This document shows positions 19,948-29,795 of a stretch of DNA of 64,000 bases, piece by piece; position 1 is the stretch's first letter; every line of letters starts with the position of its first letter. The stretch comes from Microcystaceae cyanobacterium (GTDB lineage: Bacteria; Cyanobacteriota; Cyanobacteriia; Cyanobacteriales; Microcystaceae), in contig JBGTGT010000040.1 of assembly GCA_041746575.1 (NCBI GenBank), forward strand, positions 1 through 64,000. The letters are read 5' to 3'. Below the pieces are notes generated by a model. It was not told the DNA's origin. It did not search any database and saw only the letters and a program-made list of their open reading frames with translations. The translations under genes and the position numbers were made by a program.

Positions 19948-21090
19948 ATGTCCTCATCTAATCTATCTCAATCTTCTGCGACCGATAATCCCAAAAAAAT
20001 CCGTTATGCTATTGTCGGGTTAGGATGGTTTGCTCAAACCGCAACGTTACCTTCTTTTGTTCATGCAGAAAATTCTGAAGTGGTTGCTTTTGTTTCTGAT
20101 GATCCTACCAAAAAAGAAGAACTGGCTAAACATTATAATGTTAAACGGACTTATTCCTACGCAGAGTACGAAGATTGCCTAAAAAGTGGGGAAATTGATG
20201 CCGTTTATATTGCCCTGCCCAATCATTTACACTGTGAATATACCGTCAAGGTCGCTCATCAGGGTATTCATGTTTTATGTGAAAAACCGATGGCACTTAA
20301 TGAAGATGAATGTCAGCAAATGATTGAGGCTTGTGAAAATAATGGGGTTAAGTTAATGATTGCTTATCGTCTCCATTTTGAAGAAGGAAATTTACAAGCC
20401 ATTAAAACAGCACAGTCAGGAGAAATTGGCGAAGTTCGTCTCTTTAATTCTTTATTTACTCAACAAAGCACGTCAGGTAATATTCGACTACAAGAAGCAA
20501 AAGGAGGTGGCACACTTTATGATATTGGGATTTATTGCATCAATGCGGCGCGTTACATTTTTTGCGCTGAACCCGTAGAAGTATTTGTGACAAGTGCTAC
20601 CCGAAAAGATGATGATCGTTTTAGTGAAGTGCCAGAGATGACCAGTGCAATTTTACGCTTTCCGGAGGAACGATTAGCGACCTTTACCTGTAGTTTTGGA
20701 GCCACTGATGTTGCTACTTATCATATTATTGGCACGAAAGGGGATTTACGAGTTGATCCTGCTTATCCTTGGAGTGGAGACATCAATCATTATCTTACAG
20801 TTGAAGGCAAAACGCAGGAACGCGCTTTCAAATCTCGTGATCAATTAGGGGCTGAATTGATGTATTTCTCTGATTGTATTCTGCAAGATAAAGACCTAGA
20901 ACCCTCTGGAATAGAAGGATTAAATGATGTTCGTATTATTAACGCGCTTCAACGGTCTTTAGAACTCGGTAAGTGTGTTCGGTTGGATCATTTAGATTCC
21001 CCTCAAAGACCTAGCATTAAACAATCAATTGAACTTCCCCCCCTTCAAAAGAAACCGGATCTAGTTGAGGTGACTCCAGCTAGTTCATAA
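19948..21090 (+). CDS. Gfo/Idh/MocA oxidoreductase (glucose-fructose oxidoreductase-like)
   Basis: IVGLGWFA, LPNHLH, HVLCEKPMA, GGGTLYDIGIY. Confidence 0.93.
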   Translation: MSSSNLSQSSATDNPKKIRYAIVGLGWFAQTATLPSFVHAENSEVVAFVSDDPTKKEELAKHYNVKRTYSYAEYEDCLKSGEIDAVYIALPNHLHCEYTVKVAHQGIHVLCEKPMALNEDECQQMIEACENNGVKLMIAYRLHFEEGNLQAIKTAQSGEIGEVRLFNSLFTQQSTSGNIRLQEAKGGGTLYDIGIYCINAARYIFCAEPVEVFVTSATRKDDDRFSEVPEMTSAILRFPEERLATFTCSFGATDVATYHIIGTKGDLRVDPAYPWSGDINHYLTVEGKTQERAFKSRDQLGAELMYFSDCILQDKDLEPSGIEGLNDVRIINALQRSLELGKCVRLDHLDSPQRPSIKQSIELPPLQKKPDLVEVTPASS

Positions 21091-21138
21091 GCCTAAAAAT
21101 AGCATAAGCGAAAGATCATTTTGAAAGAAAAAACGAAA

Positions 21139-22392
21139 GTGTCAATCTCATCCATTCCCCAAGATAAGAACTTAGATAACACCTTAGCCTTTTTAGCAGA
21201 TGGCTATACCTTTATTCCTAAGCGATGTGAACGTTATCACACCGATATTTTTGCAACTCGGTTAATGTTACAAAAGGTGATTTGTATCCAAGGAGAAGAA
21301 GCGACTCAAATGTTCTATGAACGCGATCGCTTTACTCGAAAATGAGCAATTCCTCCCACAGCTTTAATGTTATTGCAAGATAAGGGGAGTGTGCAGACAA
21401 TGGATGGTCGACCGCACTACCACCGCAAACAGATGTTCATGTCGATCATGACTCCTAAAAATATTCAACAGTTAGTCAATATTACGGTTGAACAGTGGCA
21501 TCAGCGACTTGAACAATGGAAAACGAGGGATAGGATTATTTTTCATGAAGAAATGACGACTATTCTTTGTTGTGCTGTTTGTCAGTGGGCAGGAATTCCC
21601 CTCTCGGAATCGGAAGCAAAACAGCGCACTCGTGAGTTTGTGGCTATGATTGATGGATCTGGAGCGGTGGGCTTACGAAATTGGTGGGGACAATTGCTGA
21701 GAACTCGAACTGAGCAATGGGCGCAAGAAATTATTGAAGCAGTGCGAACAAATCAGCGTTCTGTACCAAAAGGAAGCGTGATTGATGTTATCGCAACGCA
21801 TCAAGATCTCGAAGGACGACGACTAGACCCCAAAATTGCCGCAGTAGAACTGATTAATATCCTCCGTCCTACGGTTGCCGTCGCTTGGTATATTACCTTT
21901 ATAGCTTTGGCACTTCATGAATATCCAGAATGCCGCGAAAAACTGTTCTCAGATGAGAAAGATTACCCTGATTGGTTTGTCCATGAAGTCCGACGATTTT
22001 ACCCGTTTTTTCCGGCAGTGGGGGGTCATGTGAAAAAGGCTTTTGACTGGAGAGATTATCACTTTGCTAAAGGAACATGGGTACTGCTGGATATTTACGG
22101 GACAAATCGAGATTCGCGCATTTGGCAGGAAGCAGAAACATTTCGGCCGGAACGATTTCAACATTGGAACAAAAGTGCGTTCAATTATATTCCCCAAGGA
22201 GGAGGAGATACTCACGAAGGGCATCGCTGTCCGGGGGAAAAAATCACCATAGAATTAAGTAAAGTGGCGTTAAACTTGCTAACTCGTGCTATGCAGTATG
22301 ATGTGCCAGCGCAAGACTTAATTTTTGATTTATCAAGAATGCCCGCCCTGCCTAAAAGTCGCTTTATCATGAGTCAGATCAAGCCGCTTTGA
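21139..22392 (+). pseudogene. CYP152-family fatty-acid peroxygenase with one in-frame TGA
   Basis: ORFs 21121-21345 and 21367-22392 share a frame: RFTRK*AIPPTALMLLQ (TGA 21343-21345). NILRPTVAV substrate Arg-Pro motif, EVRRFYPFFP, GHRCPGE heme ligand. Confidence 0.88.
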
Positions 22393-22572
22393 AGGCAACC
22401 AAATATCAAGCTGGTCGAAGAACGATTTTCTGTCCCCTTTCTTCAGCCGCGTATCTGATATTTGACCGACTTTAAACATTAAGCTTAATGTAGAAGTGTT
22501 CGAGAATACTAAAAACCCTTGATAAGATGGGATCGTGTCGGGACTTGCATTTTATCGTTTATATCGTTTATT

Positions 22573-23067
22573 ATGAATCAATCGGTCGTCGCAGTTATTG
22601 ATGGTGCTAGAGCGCGCTTTTTTCTGCTAGAACCTGTCGAATTCCCCGAATATCAGTCAGGTCCGAATCTGGTAGAACAAAGTTGTTTAACCAATACCAG
22701 TAATGAAGTGCAAGGAAAGGAACTCTGGGCTAACACGAAAAGTGGACGTAATGGGGGTTCAGGTAATCAAGGCCATGGTTACGATGATCATCGTCAAAAA
22801 CATTTAACTGAATTTGAGCGCAGTTTTGCCAAAGAAATTGCGACTACTATTCTGGAGATTATTCAGCAAAATACGGTTCATCATGCTGTTTTAGTGGCAG
22901 AACCCCAAATCTTAGGATTAATCCGAGAGGTACTACTTCCCCAACTGCCTAAACAGCTTAATGTCGAAGAATTAGCTAAAGATTTATGTAAACTTAAGCC
23001 TCAAGAACTGCATGAGTATTTGGCTGAACGGGGAATTTTGGCGGCGAGAAAAGCGGCGATTGGCTAA
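22573..23067 (+). CDS. Host attachment protein family (release-factor-like fold)
   Basis: VVAVIDGARARFF...ERSFAKEI...LVAEPQILGLIR...KDL. Confidence 0.85.
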   Translation: MNQSVVAVIDGARARFFLLEPVEFPEYQSGPNLVEQSCLTNTSNEVQGKELWANTKSGRNGGSGNQGHGYDDHRQKHLTEFERSFAKEIATTILEIIQQNTVHHAVLVAEPQILGLIREVLLPQLPKQLNVEELAKDLCKLKPQELHEYLAERGILAARKAAIG

Positions 23068-23099
23068 ACGGCGAAGTATAAGTATATTTTACTCTGTTT

Positions 23100-24302
23100 C
23101 TATTCGCTGTATTGAAGAGAAATGGGTAAACTCACTCTCGGTAAGCGATGCTTAAAACCGCACAGAATTTCCCACGAAATGGTGCCCAATTCAGTTGCCC
23201 AATCATCTGCGGAAATCGCCAAATCACCCTCTTTACCCATTAAAGTCACAATTTCTCCCGCTTGAATATGAGGTAAATGAGTGATATCTAACATTAGTTG
23301 ATCCATCGTAATTGCCCCAATTTGCGATACCCATTGCCCCTGAATAAGAACGCGCAAGCGATGGGATAATCGGCGGGGAATACCATCGGCATAGCCAATC
23401 CCGACCACCGCTAACCGTAAAGGGCGATCGCAGTTATACTGATGACCATAACTGACTCCTGAACCAATAGGCAAGTCTTTAATTTGGGTAATTCGGGCTT
23501 TAACTTGTAAAACAGGTTTGAGATTGACCGTTTCTCGCAAATGTTCCGCCGGGTATAAACCATACAGGGCAAGACCTACTCTGACTCTATCATAATGGTA
23601 TTGAGCATCCGTTAAGGTAGCCGCAGAATTGGCAATATGAAGGGAGGGAAGGGGGATACCGTTCTCTTGCAATTGAGAAATTACAAATTGAAACCGTTTA
23701 AGTTGCCTATCCATAATGGTAGGATTAGGGTCATCGGCGGTGGCAAAGTGAGAATAAATGCTTTTGATCTCCAAATAAGGCAATTGATGCACGAATTTGA
23801 CAAATTCCAATCCCTCAGTCCAAAGTGTGCCTAAACGAGACATTCCTGTATCTATTTTGAGATGAACGGGTAAAGGTTGCTCAATTTGGCTAGATACTTC
23901 GGAAAATAGCAACGCTTGTTCAATATTGCAGAGGGTGGGTTCGAGATGCCAATGAGCGATCGCTATAATCTCTTCTAAAGTGTTAATTGCGCCTAAAATG
24001 AGGATAGGGGCGGTAATTCCTGCCTGTCTCAGTTCAATGCCTTCCCCTAGGGTTGCAATCGCTAACCAATCTGCCCCATATTGTAAGGCCGTTTCTGCTA
24101 CTCGAATTGCCCCGTGACCATAGGCATCTGCCTTCACGACTGCCATTAATTCGGTTTTTGGAGCTAATTTTTGCTTAATTTGTCGTACGTTATCAGCTAA
24201 AGCCGCCAAATCTATTTCTATCCATGCCCGTTGGCGAATTACCGCGGATAATTGATAGGTGTGGCATTCTTTATCCCGAATCTGGGTTTCTTGACTCAAC
24301 AC
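23100..24302 (-). CDS. alr: Alanine racemase
   Basis: AVVKADAYGHG PLP lysine, HLKIDTGMSRLG, GYADG. Confidence 0.97.
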   Translation of the reverse strand: MLSQETQIRDKECHTYQLSAVIRQRAWIEIDLAALADNVRQIKQKLAPKTELMAVVKADAYGHGAIRVAETALQYGADWLAIATLGEGIELRQAGITAPILILGAINTLEEIIAIAHWHLEPTLCNIEQALLFSEVSSQIEQPLPVHLKIDTGMSRLGTLWTEGLEFVKFVHQLPYLEIKSIYSHFATADDPNPTIMDRQLKRFQFVISQLQENGIPLPSLHIANSAATLTDAQYHYDRVRVGLALYGLYPAEHLRETVNLKPVLQVKARITQIKDLPIGSGVSYGHQYNCDRPLRLAVVGIGYADGIPRRLSHRLRVLIQGQWVSQIGAITMDQLMLDITHLPHIQAGEIVTLMGKEGDLAISADDWATELGTISWEILCGFKHRLPRVSLPISLQYSE

Positions 24303-24471
24303 CGATTTACACTCCTGACAAACACACCTTTAAGAATAAGAATAGATTGAAAAATTGGCAACAATCTTTAATGATTAAATCATTTTTCTGGAGTAAGAGA
24401 CTTTTTGATTCTAATTGGAGTTCCATGACAATGATTAAAAAAACGCCACGGAATATTGCGGAAAAGTAACC

Positions 24472-26115
24472 TTACATCTCCCACAGTTTAATTTCCAAGT
24501 CATCCCCTGCACTCGCTAACCATCGTCCATCGGGACTAAAAGCGATTGTCCGCACTTCACCAATATGATCAGTTAAAGTGTTTATGAGTTCCCCAGAGGG
24601 AAATGTCCAGAGTTTAATCGTATAATCTGCGCTTGCACTCGCGAATTTTGTACCATCGGGATGAATGGCAATACACCAAACCCTTGCAGAATGACGATCT
24701 AGAATCTTAAGGGGTTTTTTAATATTATTAAGATAATCCCAGATTTTAATGGTGTGGTCTGCACTACTACTAACAAGGTAATTATCATGAATACTTAAAG
24801 ATAAAATCTCTCTAAGATGAGCATTATCATTAAAGGCAATGGGTTTTGTGATTGAATCTTTCATCTGCCAAATTTTAATTGTTTTCTGTTGACTACCGCT
24901 GACTAAAAATTGACTATCGGAACTAAAAGCAAGAGCATTCACGCAACTGGAATGACCTTGAAAACTTTGTTGCCAGTCTCCATTTTCAACATTCCATAAT
25001 TTAATTTTGCCACTACTTTGCCCCACAGCAAATCGTTGATTATCTAGACTAATCGGAAGACGATTAACAAGGGTAAGCGGACTCGATGAACTCGAGCGAG
25101 TGACACTTGCTTCGCTAATGAGAGGACGAGTTAATAAGTCCATCTTCCACAATTTAATCTGACTATTAGCACTACCTGTAATTAAAGTTTGACCGTTGGG
25201 ACTTATCCCAATTGCTTTAACCCGATTGGGGTTATCTTGGCTATTGCTATTTTCTAAGTGATTATGACCGACCAATAAGTGTTTCAATTGACCTGTTACT
25301 ATGTCCCAAACTCTCACTGTCTTATCATCACTACTACTGATTAAAAGTTTACTGTCTGGACTAAATGTTAAAGAACGAATCCAGTCTGAATGACCGAAAA
25401 AAGACTTTACGTAACGATTATTTTGAGCAAGATTACCATCCTTTCGCACAGGATTTATAGCAATGGGCGTCGCTTTCTTTTTTAAGATGGCCGTTGAAGA
25501 AAGAAAGGGGATTTCATCTTCGCTTTTTCGCTGAGGAACGTGAATAAACTTTCGTTCATTGCTATGTTTTTCTTGTTGTGTCCGATAGTCTGGTAAATTG
25601 ACATGAAGGGCGTCACATCCGACATCAAAGCAGTTTTCAATGGTCAAATCAGGTTGAAAATACCCTGTATAAAATCCCTTAGAAAAAGCGATCGCTGCTT
25701 GATCTAAAATCGCACTTTTCATGCCAATCGTGTAATTAATATGTTGGGCGATCGCCTCAGCCTGTTTCTCTGAATAACAGGCATTTAATAATACACATTC
25801 CACCCAATGACTTAAGTTGTCAAAAATATGAGACAATGTTTCTGCATCCAGCAGATGGGGTTCGCCGTTCTCTTGCTCAAAAACAATACCCTCCTCCCCT
25901 GTTCCATGACCACTAAAATGAACAATATGGGGTTTAATATCTAGTAATAATTGACTTAAATTTGATGGATTTACCATAGGACGAAGCTCAATGTAATGTT
26001 GCTTTCGATTCGACACTTGATCTCTTGCCTGTTGAATCGTGTAGAATTCTTTCATGATATCCAGTTGATCCGTTTTCTTGGGATTTGCTGTTAAGATTAA
26101 AATGGTTTTTGTCAT
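24472..26115 (-). CDS. CHAT-domain (caspase-like fold) protein with C-terminal WD40 propeller
   Basis: N-terminal ILILTANP, VHFSGHG and VLLNACYS (His-Cys dyad present); about seven GH...WD-type repeats. Confidence 0.9.
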   Translation of the reverse strand: MTKTILILTANPKKTDQLDIMKEFYTIQQARDQVSNRKQHYIELRPMVNPSNLSQLLLDIKPHIVHFSGHGTGEEGIVFEQENGEPHLLDAETLSHIFDNLSHWVECVLLNACYSEKQAEAIAQHINYTIGMKSAILDQAAIAFSKGFYTGYFQPDLTIENCFDVGCDALHVNLPDYRTQQEKHSNERKFIHVPQRKSEDEIPFLSSTAILKKKATPIAINPVRKDGNLAQNNRYVKSFFGHSDWIRSLTFSPDSKLLISSSDDKTVRVWDIVTGQLKHLLVGHNHLENSNSQDNPNRVKAIGISPNGQTLITGSANSQIKLWKMDLLTRPLISEASVTRSSSSSPLTLVNRLPISLDNQRFAVGQSSGKIKLWNVENGDWQQSFQGHSSCVNALAFSSDSQFLVSGSQQKTIKIWQMKDSITKPIAFNDNAHLREILSLSIHDNYLVSSSADHTIKIWDYLNNIKKPLKILDRHSARVWCIAIHPDGTKFASASADYTIKLWTFPSGELINTLTDHIGEVRTIAFSPDGRWLASAGDDLEIKLWEM

Positions 26116-26160
26116 TTTTTTAGCTCCGAAAAGTTGTTTTAATATCCTTCTGTTTTATGG

Positions 26161-27504
26161 TTATTCTTCTCGATTGTCTTGTAAATTACTTAATTTTCGA
26201 CTGGTGACATCTGCACTTAATCCCCAAAGAACTAAGCCTAAATAATCAGCAAAAGGATTAGCCCCGAAAGCGCGACCATTTTCGACATAAAGCGAACCCA
26301 TTCCAACAATAGATAAACCAATGAGTAAAACAAGGGAAAGGAGAGGACGAGCAATATAGAAAGTGGCATCTGTTCGGACTTGTTCAGAAACCCCAGAGAG
26401 GGTTATTAAAAAGTGTTGAAAATGCTCCAATCCTGTTTTAGGCGTAATAGAATAAGGGAGATGCTCGATGTTTTGAGTAAGGCGATTAATGGCATCATTT
26501 AAAGTGAAAACTCCGCCCACCCCTCCTCTAGCAGTCGCCATCGAACTATCTAATAAATCATTAATTTTTTGCAGGATTTCTTGACATTTTTCATCTTCTT
26601 TACGAAAGAGATATTGACGGGCTAAGGTAAGATAAGAATTAAGGGATTGACTAAGATCAATATCATTGTTAATTTGTTGTTCAATTCGGGTTAAATCTAT
26701 TAAGATATTTAGACGATTGCGTAGGATTTCTTCTTCTATCTTAGCCGCTTCTAGTTGTTGGCGATTAATCATTTTACGCAGGTCATCTGCCATTAAATTT
26801 AATTCTTTTTTATCGGTCTCAGATAAAGAAGCTTCTCGAATATCTAACTTAAGTCGATTCCATGCTTTTAGGGTTTCCGCTTGCGGTGTTCCTTCTTCGT
26901 TCATATATTTAATTAGACGACCAATGATAATACCCAAAAAGATGACAATCAAAGGAATAAGCGGGCCGACTCTGACATCAATACCAATCGGTAAAATAAA
27001 GCGTTCTGCTCGATTTGCCAACGTTAAATAAATTGCACCCATATATTGCTCAGGAGGCAATTGGGAACGATCAATATTTAAAGATAAATTGCTAATTCGA
27101 TTAGCGGGTAAAGATTTAACTTTTTTGTCAAAGAAAATGTTTTCTGCGGTAAGTTGATAGTTCGTTAAATTTCCTGATAGAACAATATCCGTGTTAATAA
27201 TTTCAACGGGGGTAGTATCCCGATTATCTAAATTTAATTGACGGTGATTAATTAACGCACTTTGAGGAAGAATTAAACGAGCTAAGGCACAATCTAACCC
27301 CTCCCAACAATTAACTAATTGCAGTTGAATATGTTCTGTCCCTTGTAAAGCAATTAATAAAGATTGAGGTTGAGGATTGAAGGTCGCTTCAGGTGATTCA
27401 ATAATTGTTTCTTCTTCTACAATCGCTGTTTCAGGTTGTGCTAAGCTTGAAAATTGGAAAATAATTAGAGAAAGAATAACAAAGAAAATAATTTTTTTTA
27501 TCAT
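26161..27504 (-). CDS. Uncharacterised membrane protein: signal peptide, extracytoplasmic domain, TM, coiled coil, two C-terminal TMs
   Basis: MIKKIIFFVILSLIIFQFSSLA signal; GPLIPLIVIFLGIIIG TM; heptad-rich middle region; LLSLVLLIGLSIVGMGSLY and DYLGLVLWGL. Confidence 0.8.
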   Translation of the reverse strand: MIKKIIFFVILSLIIFQFSSLAQPETAIVEEETIIESPEATFNPQPQSLLIALQGTEHIQLQLVNCWEGLDCALARLILPQSALINHRQLNLDNRDTTPVEIINTDIVLSGNLTNYQLTAENIFFDKKVKSLPANRISNLSLNIDRSQLPPEQYMGAIYLTLANRAERFILPIGIDVRVGPLIPLIVIFLGIIIGRLIKYMNEEGTPQAETLKAWNRLKLDIREASLSETDKKELNLMADDLRKMINRQQLEAAKIEEEILRNRLNILIDLTRIEQQINNDIDLSQSLNSYLTLARQYLFRKEDEKCQEILQKINDLLDSSMATARGGVGGVFTLNDAINRLTQNIEHLPYSITPKTGLEHFQHFLITLSGVSEQVRTDATFYIARPLLSLVLLIGLSIVGMGSLYVENGRAFGANPFADYLGLVLWGLSADVTSRKLSNLQDNREE

Positions 27505-27592
27505 ATTTTTCAATAGTTGATAGTTGGTTGATAGATGATAATCCTGTTTTTGACCATCACCTATCTTAAAAATGCAGTCGGCTGTTTGTAAG

Positions 27593-29689
27593 TTATAAAC
27601 GGGTAACTTTAACGGAAATTTGTTCTGTTACCCAATCATCTTTGGAATCAGAAATAGGGATAGCGGCACGGGTTACATTTGGTGAATCTTCGGGATCAGC
27701 ACCAATTTTTTCCATTAAGTGATTAAGTGAATTAATGCTAATGGCTTCTTCCCCTCTGGTTACTGAGCGGCTTTTAATCCTTTCTAATTCGCCACGAAGT
27801 TGTACGCTACGACTTTCCATTGGCTGATCAAGAGCAGGTAAAGTTAACCACCGAAAATCAGCGATTCCTTTACGAATGGCGATGACTTTTAGGGTTTCGA
27901 TTGCTTCTTGATATTCGGCATCATTGGGTAGAGCTAAACGTAATTTAATGTCGTTGGAATCACCACCTGCTAAGTTAAAGAAAGCAGATACTAAACCATC
28001 AATCGGAATTTGAGAAATTGCCCAAGTGGGTTCAATATCTAAAACTGCAATTTTTAAGTCTTGTGATCCTGTATTCGTGATTCTTAAGATTACGATCGCT
28101 TCATTTTTGATAGTGACTTCGCTTAGATTAAAAAAAGGCGTTTCGAGTTCATCTAAAAGTTCGACCTTCAAAGACTTAGACAGACTCGAACTATTATTAT
28201 TTAGACTGAGAACCGCTTGATATTTGGTTAAATGAACTAGACGTTCAATCACCTTTTTTGCCGCTTCTGAATCGTTGATTTTGAGGGCAGGACGTAGATT
28301 TTTGAGGGGTGATCCCTTGGCAATTTCGTACGTTCCATCCAGTGCAACAGCCAATTGAAACAGACTCCCTTCATCTTGACTGACTTCAGTTAACCAACCA
28401 TTCCCCTGTAAAGCTTCACGAACAACGGCTAGGGCAGTTTTTTGCTGATTAAATAAAGGTTGAGGCAGTTCACCGTCCTTGTCGCCTTCTGGTTTTTCAA
28501 ACAGACATATCCGACTGACTAAATCAATGGGAGGTTGAGTCATTACTGCCGGATAACCCCGTTCAATTTTCTGCGCTGAAACCACGCCACCTGCTTCAGA
28601 AGTGAGAATTTTGGCAAGGGAACTCCCCGCCTCAACTTTGGCCACTTCAACCATAGCGATAATTTGACTTTGCTCAGAAAAATGAATTGTTGTCAGGGGA
28701 TAAATAGCGAATCGTGTCCCTTTGCTTAAACCCTGCGCTAATCCTGCATTCAGAGTTACGATTCCTTTGGTTTCATCTACCTCCAGCACTGAGACGGTAT
28801 ATTGACTGGCTAAGTCCTCACTGCCAAAGACTAAGCGATCGCTGTCTCCTAATATCATGGGCAATTGTTGGGGGAATTTTGCTTGAATTTGAGCCGTTAC
28901 TCGATTATGTAAGGTTCTATAGCTCAAAGCTCCCTCAGTCGTGTTTAAGGTATTCACCAACCAATAGGTTAACGCTCCGTGACGATCGGAGCCGAGTACT
29001 GCATATTCGTAGGCGAATTCCGTTGGACGACAGGCGGCTAAGAGAACATAGTCTTTGCCTTCGGGCATCCAATAAGATTGGGAGCTATTTTGCGTTAAAA
29101 TCTGCCAATTTTCTAATAATTCTTGCCTTGATGCGACCTTACTGTCTGAAGAGCGAGGAGCTACGTCAATGGTTTGTGATCCTCGAATTTGAACATCGCC
29201 TCGGGCTGCGCCGCCGGAATGACAGCTATCGAGTACCACCGTCACGATTAACCCTTTATCCGTCATTCGTTTGAGAAGGGTTGCCATTTCCACATCCCGC
29301 AGATATCGCCCCTCTGTTCCCACATCCATCGGTACAATTCCTTCATCATTGGGCATTTCTCCCTTTTTTACTTCAGGAAAGATAGTGGTCGCTCTTCCGC
29401 CGTGACCAGCATAATGAAAATAGACGAGATCGCCTTTTTGCGCTGTTTCCGTGATCTCTTTAAACGTATTAACAATGTTGTCATAAGTTGGCAAGGGATC
29501 GGGCGTAAAAGTGAAATTATCAGAAAGAGGTGCCGTTAATCGCCAAATTTTCTTTGGTTTTTGAGTTTGCTGAATATATTGGTCAACGAGGTTAATATCT
29601 CGAACACATCCCCCCAGATTTAGATAATAGGGATTGGGGGTATAAGCATCAATACCAATTAAAAGAACGTAAAAATTTGGGTTACTCAT
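27593..29689 (-). CDS. Caspase family (peptidase C14, ortho/metacaspase) with long C-terminal extension
   Basis: LLIGIDAY, LGGCVRD, FHYAGHG (His96), VLDSCHSG (Cys156), LLAACRPTEFAYE, HGALTY. Confidence 0.93.
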   Translation of the reverse strand: MSNPNFYVLLIGIDAYTPNPYYLNLGGCVRDINLVDQYIQQTQKPKKIWRLTAPLSDNFTFTPDPLPTYDNIVNTFKEITETAQKGDLVYFHYAGHGGRATTIFPEVKKGEMPNDEGIVPMDVGTEGRYLRDVEMATLLKRMTDKGLIVTVVLDSCHSGGAARGDVQIRGSQTIDVAPRSSDSKVASRQELLENWQILTQNSSQSYWMPEGKDYVLLAACRPTEFAYEYAVLGSDRHGALTYWLVNTLNTTEGALSYRTLHNRVTAQIQAKFPQQLPMILGDSDRLVFGSEDLASQYTVSVLEVDETKGIVTLNAGLAQGLSKGTRFAIYPLTTIHFSEQSQIIAMVEVAKVEAGSSLAKILTSEAGGVVSAQKIERGYPAVMTQPPIDLVSRICLFEKPEGDKDGELPQPLFNQQKTALAVVREALQGNGWLTEVSQDEGSLFQLAVALDGTYEIAKGSPLKNLRPALKINDSEAAKKVIERLVHLTKYQAVLSLNNNSSSLSKSLKVELLDELETPFFNLSEVTIKNEAIVILRITNTGSQDLKIAVLDIEPTWAISQIPIDGLVSAFFNLAGGDSNDIKLRLALPNDAEYQEAIETLKVIAIRKGIADFRWLTLPALDQPMESRSVQLRGELERIKSRSVTRGEEAISINSLNHLMEKIGADPEDSPNVTRAAIPISDSKDDWVTEQISVKVTRL

Positions 29690-29795
29690 GGTTATTTAGG
29701 GATTAGGAGTTAAAAAATAAGGGGATTAGGGACAAGAAATCTGTTTATGTCCCTGTTTCTCCCCCCATTGCTAAAATTCATAGCTGGTCACTGTT

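Noticed and set aside
21343..21345. Selenocysteine or programmed readthrough at the CYP152 TGA
   Set aside because: The position is not a Cys site and no SECIS-like hairpin is evident
28714..29274. 186-aa plus-strand ORF and similar antisense ORFs (4096, 10258, 16351, 17435, 26666, 61709)
   Set aside because: Shadow frames of well-supported genes with no recognisable motifs
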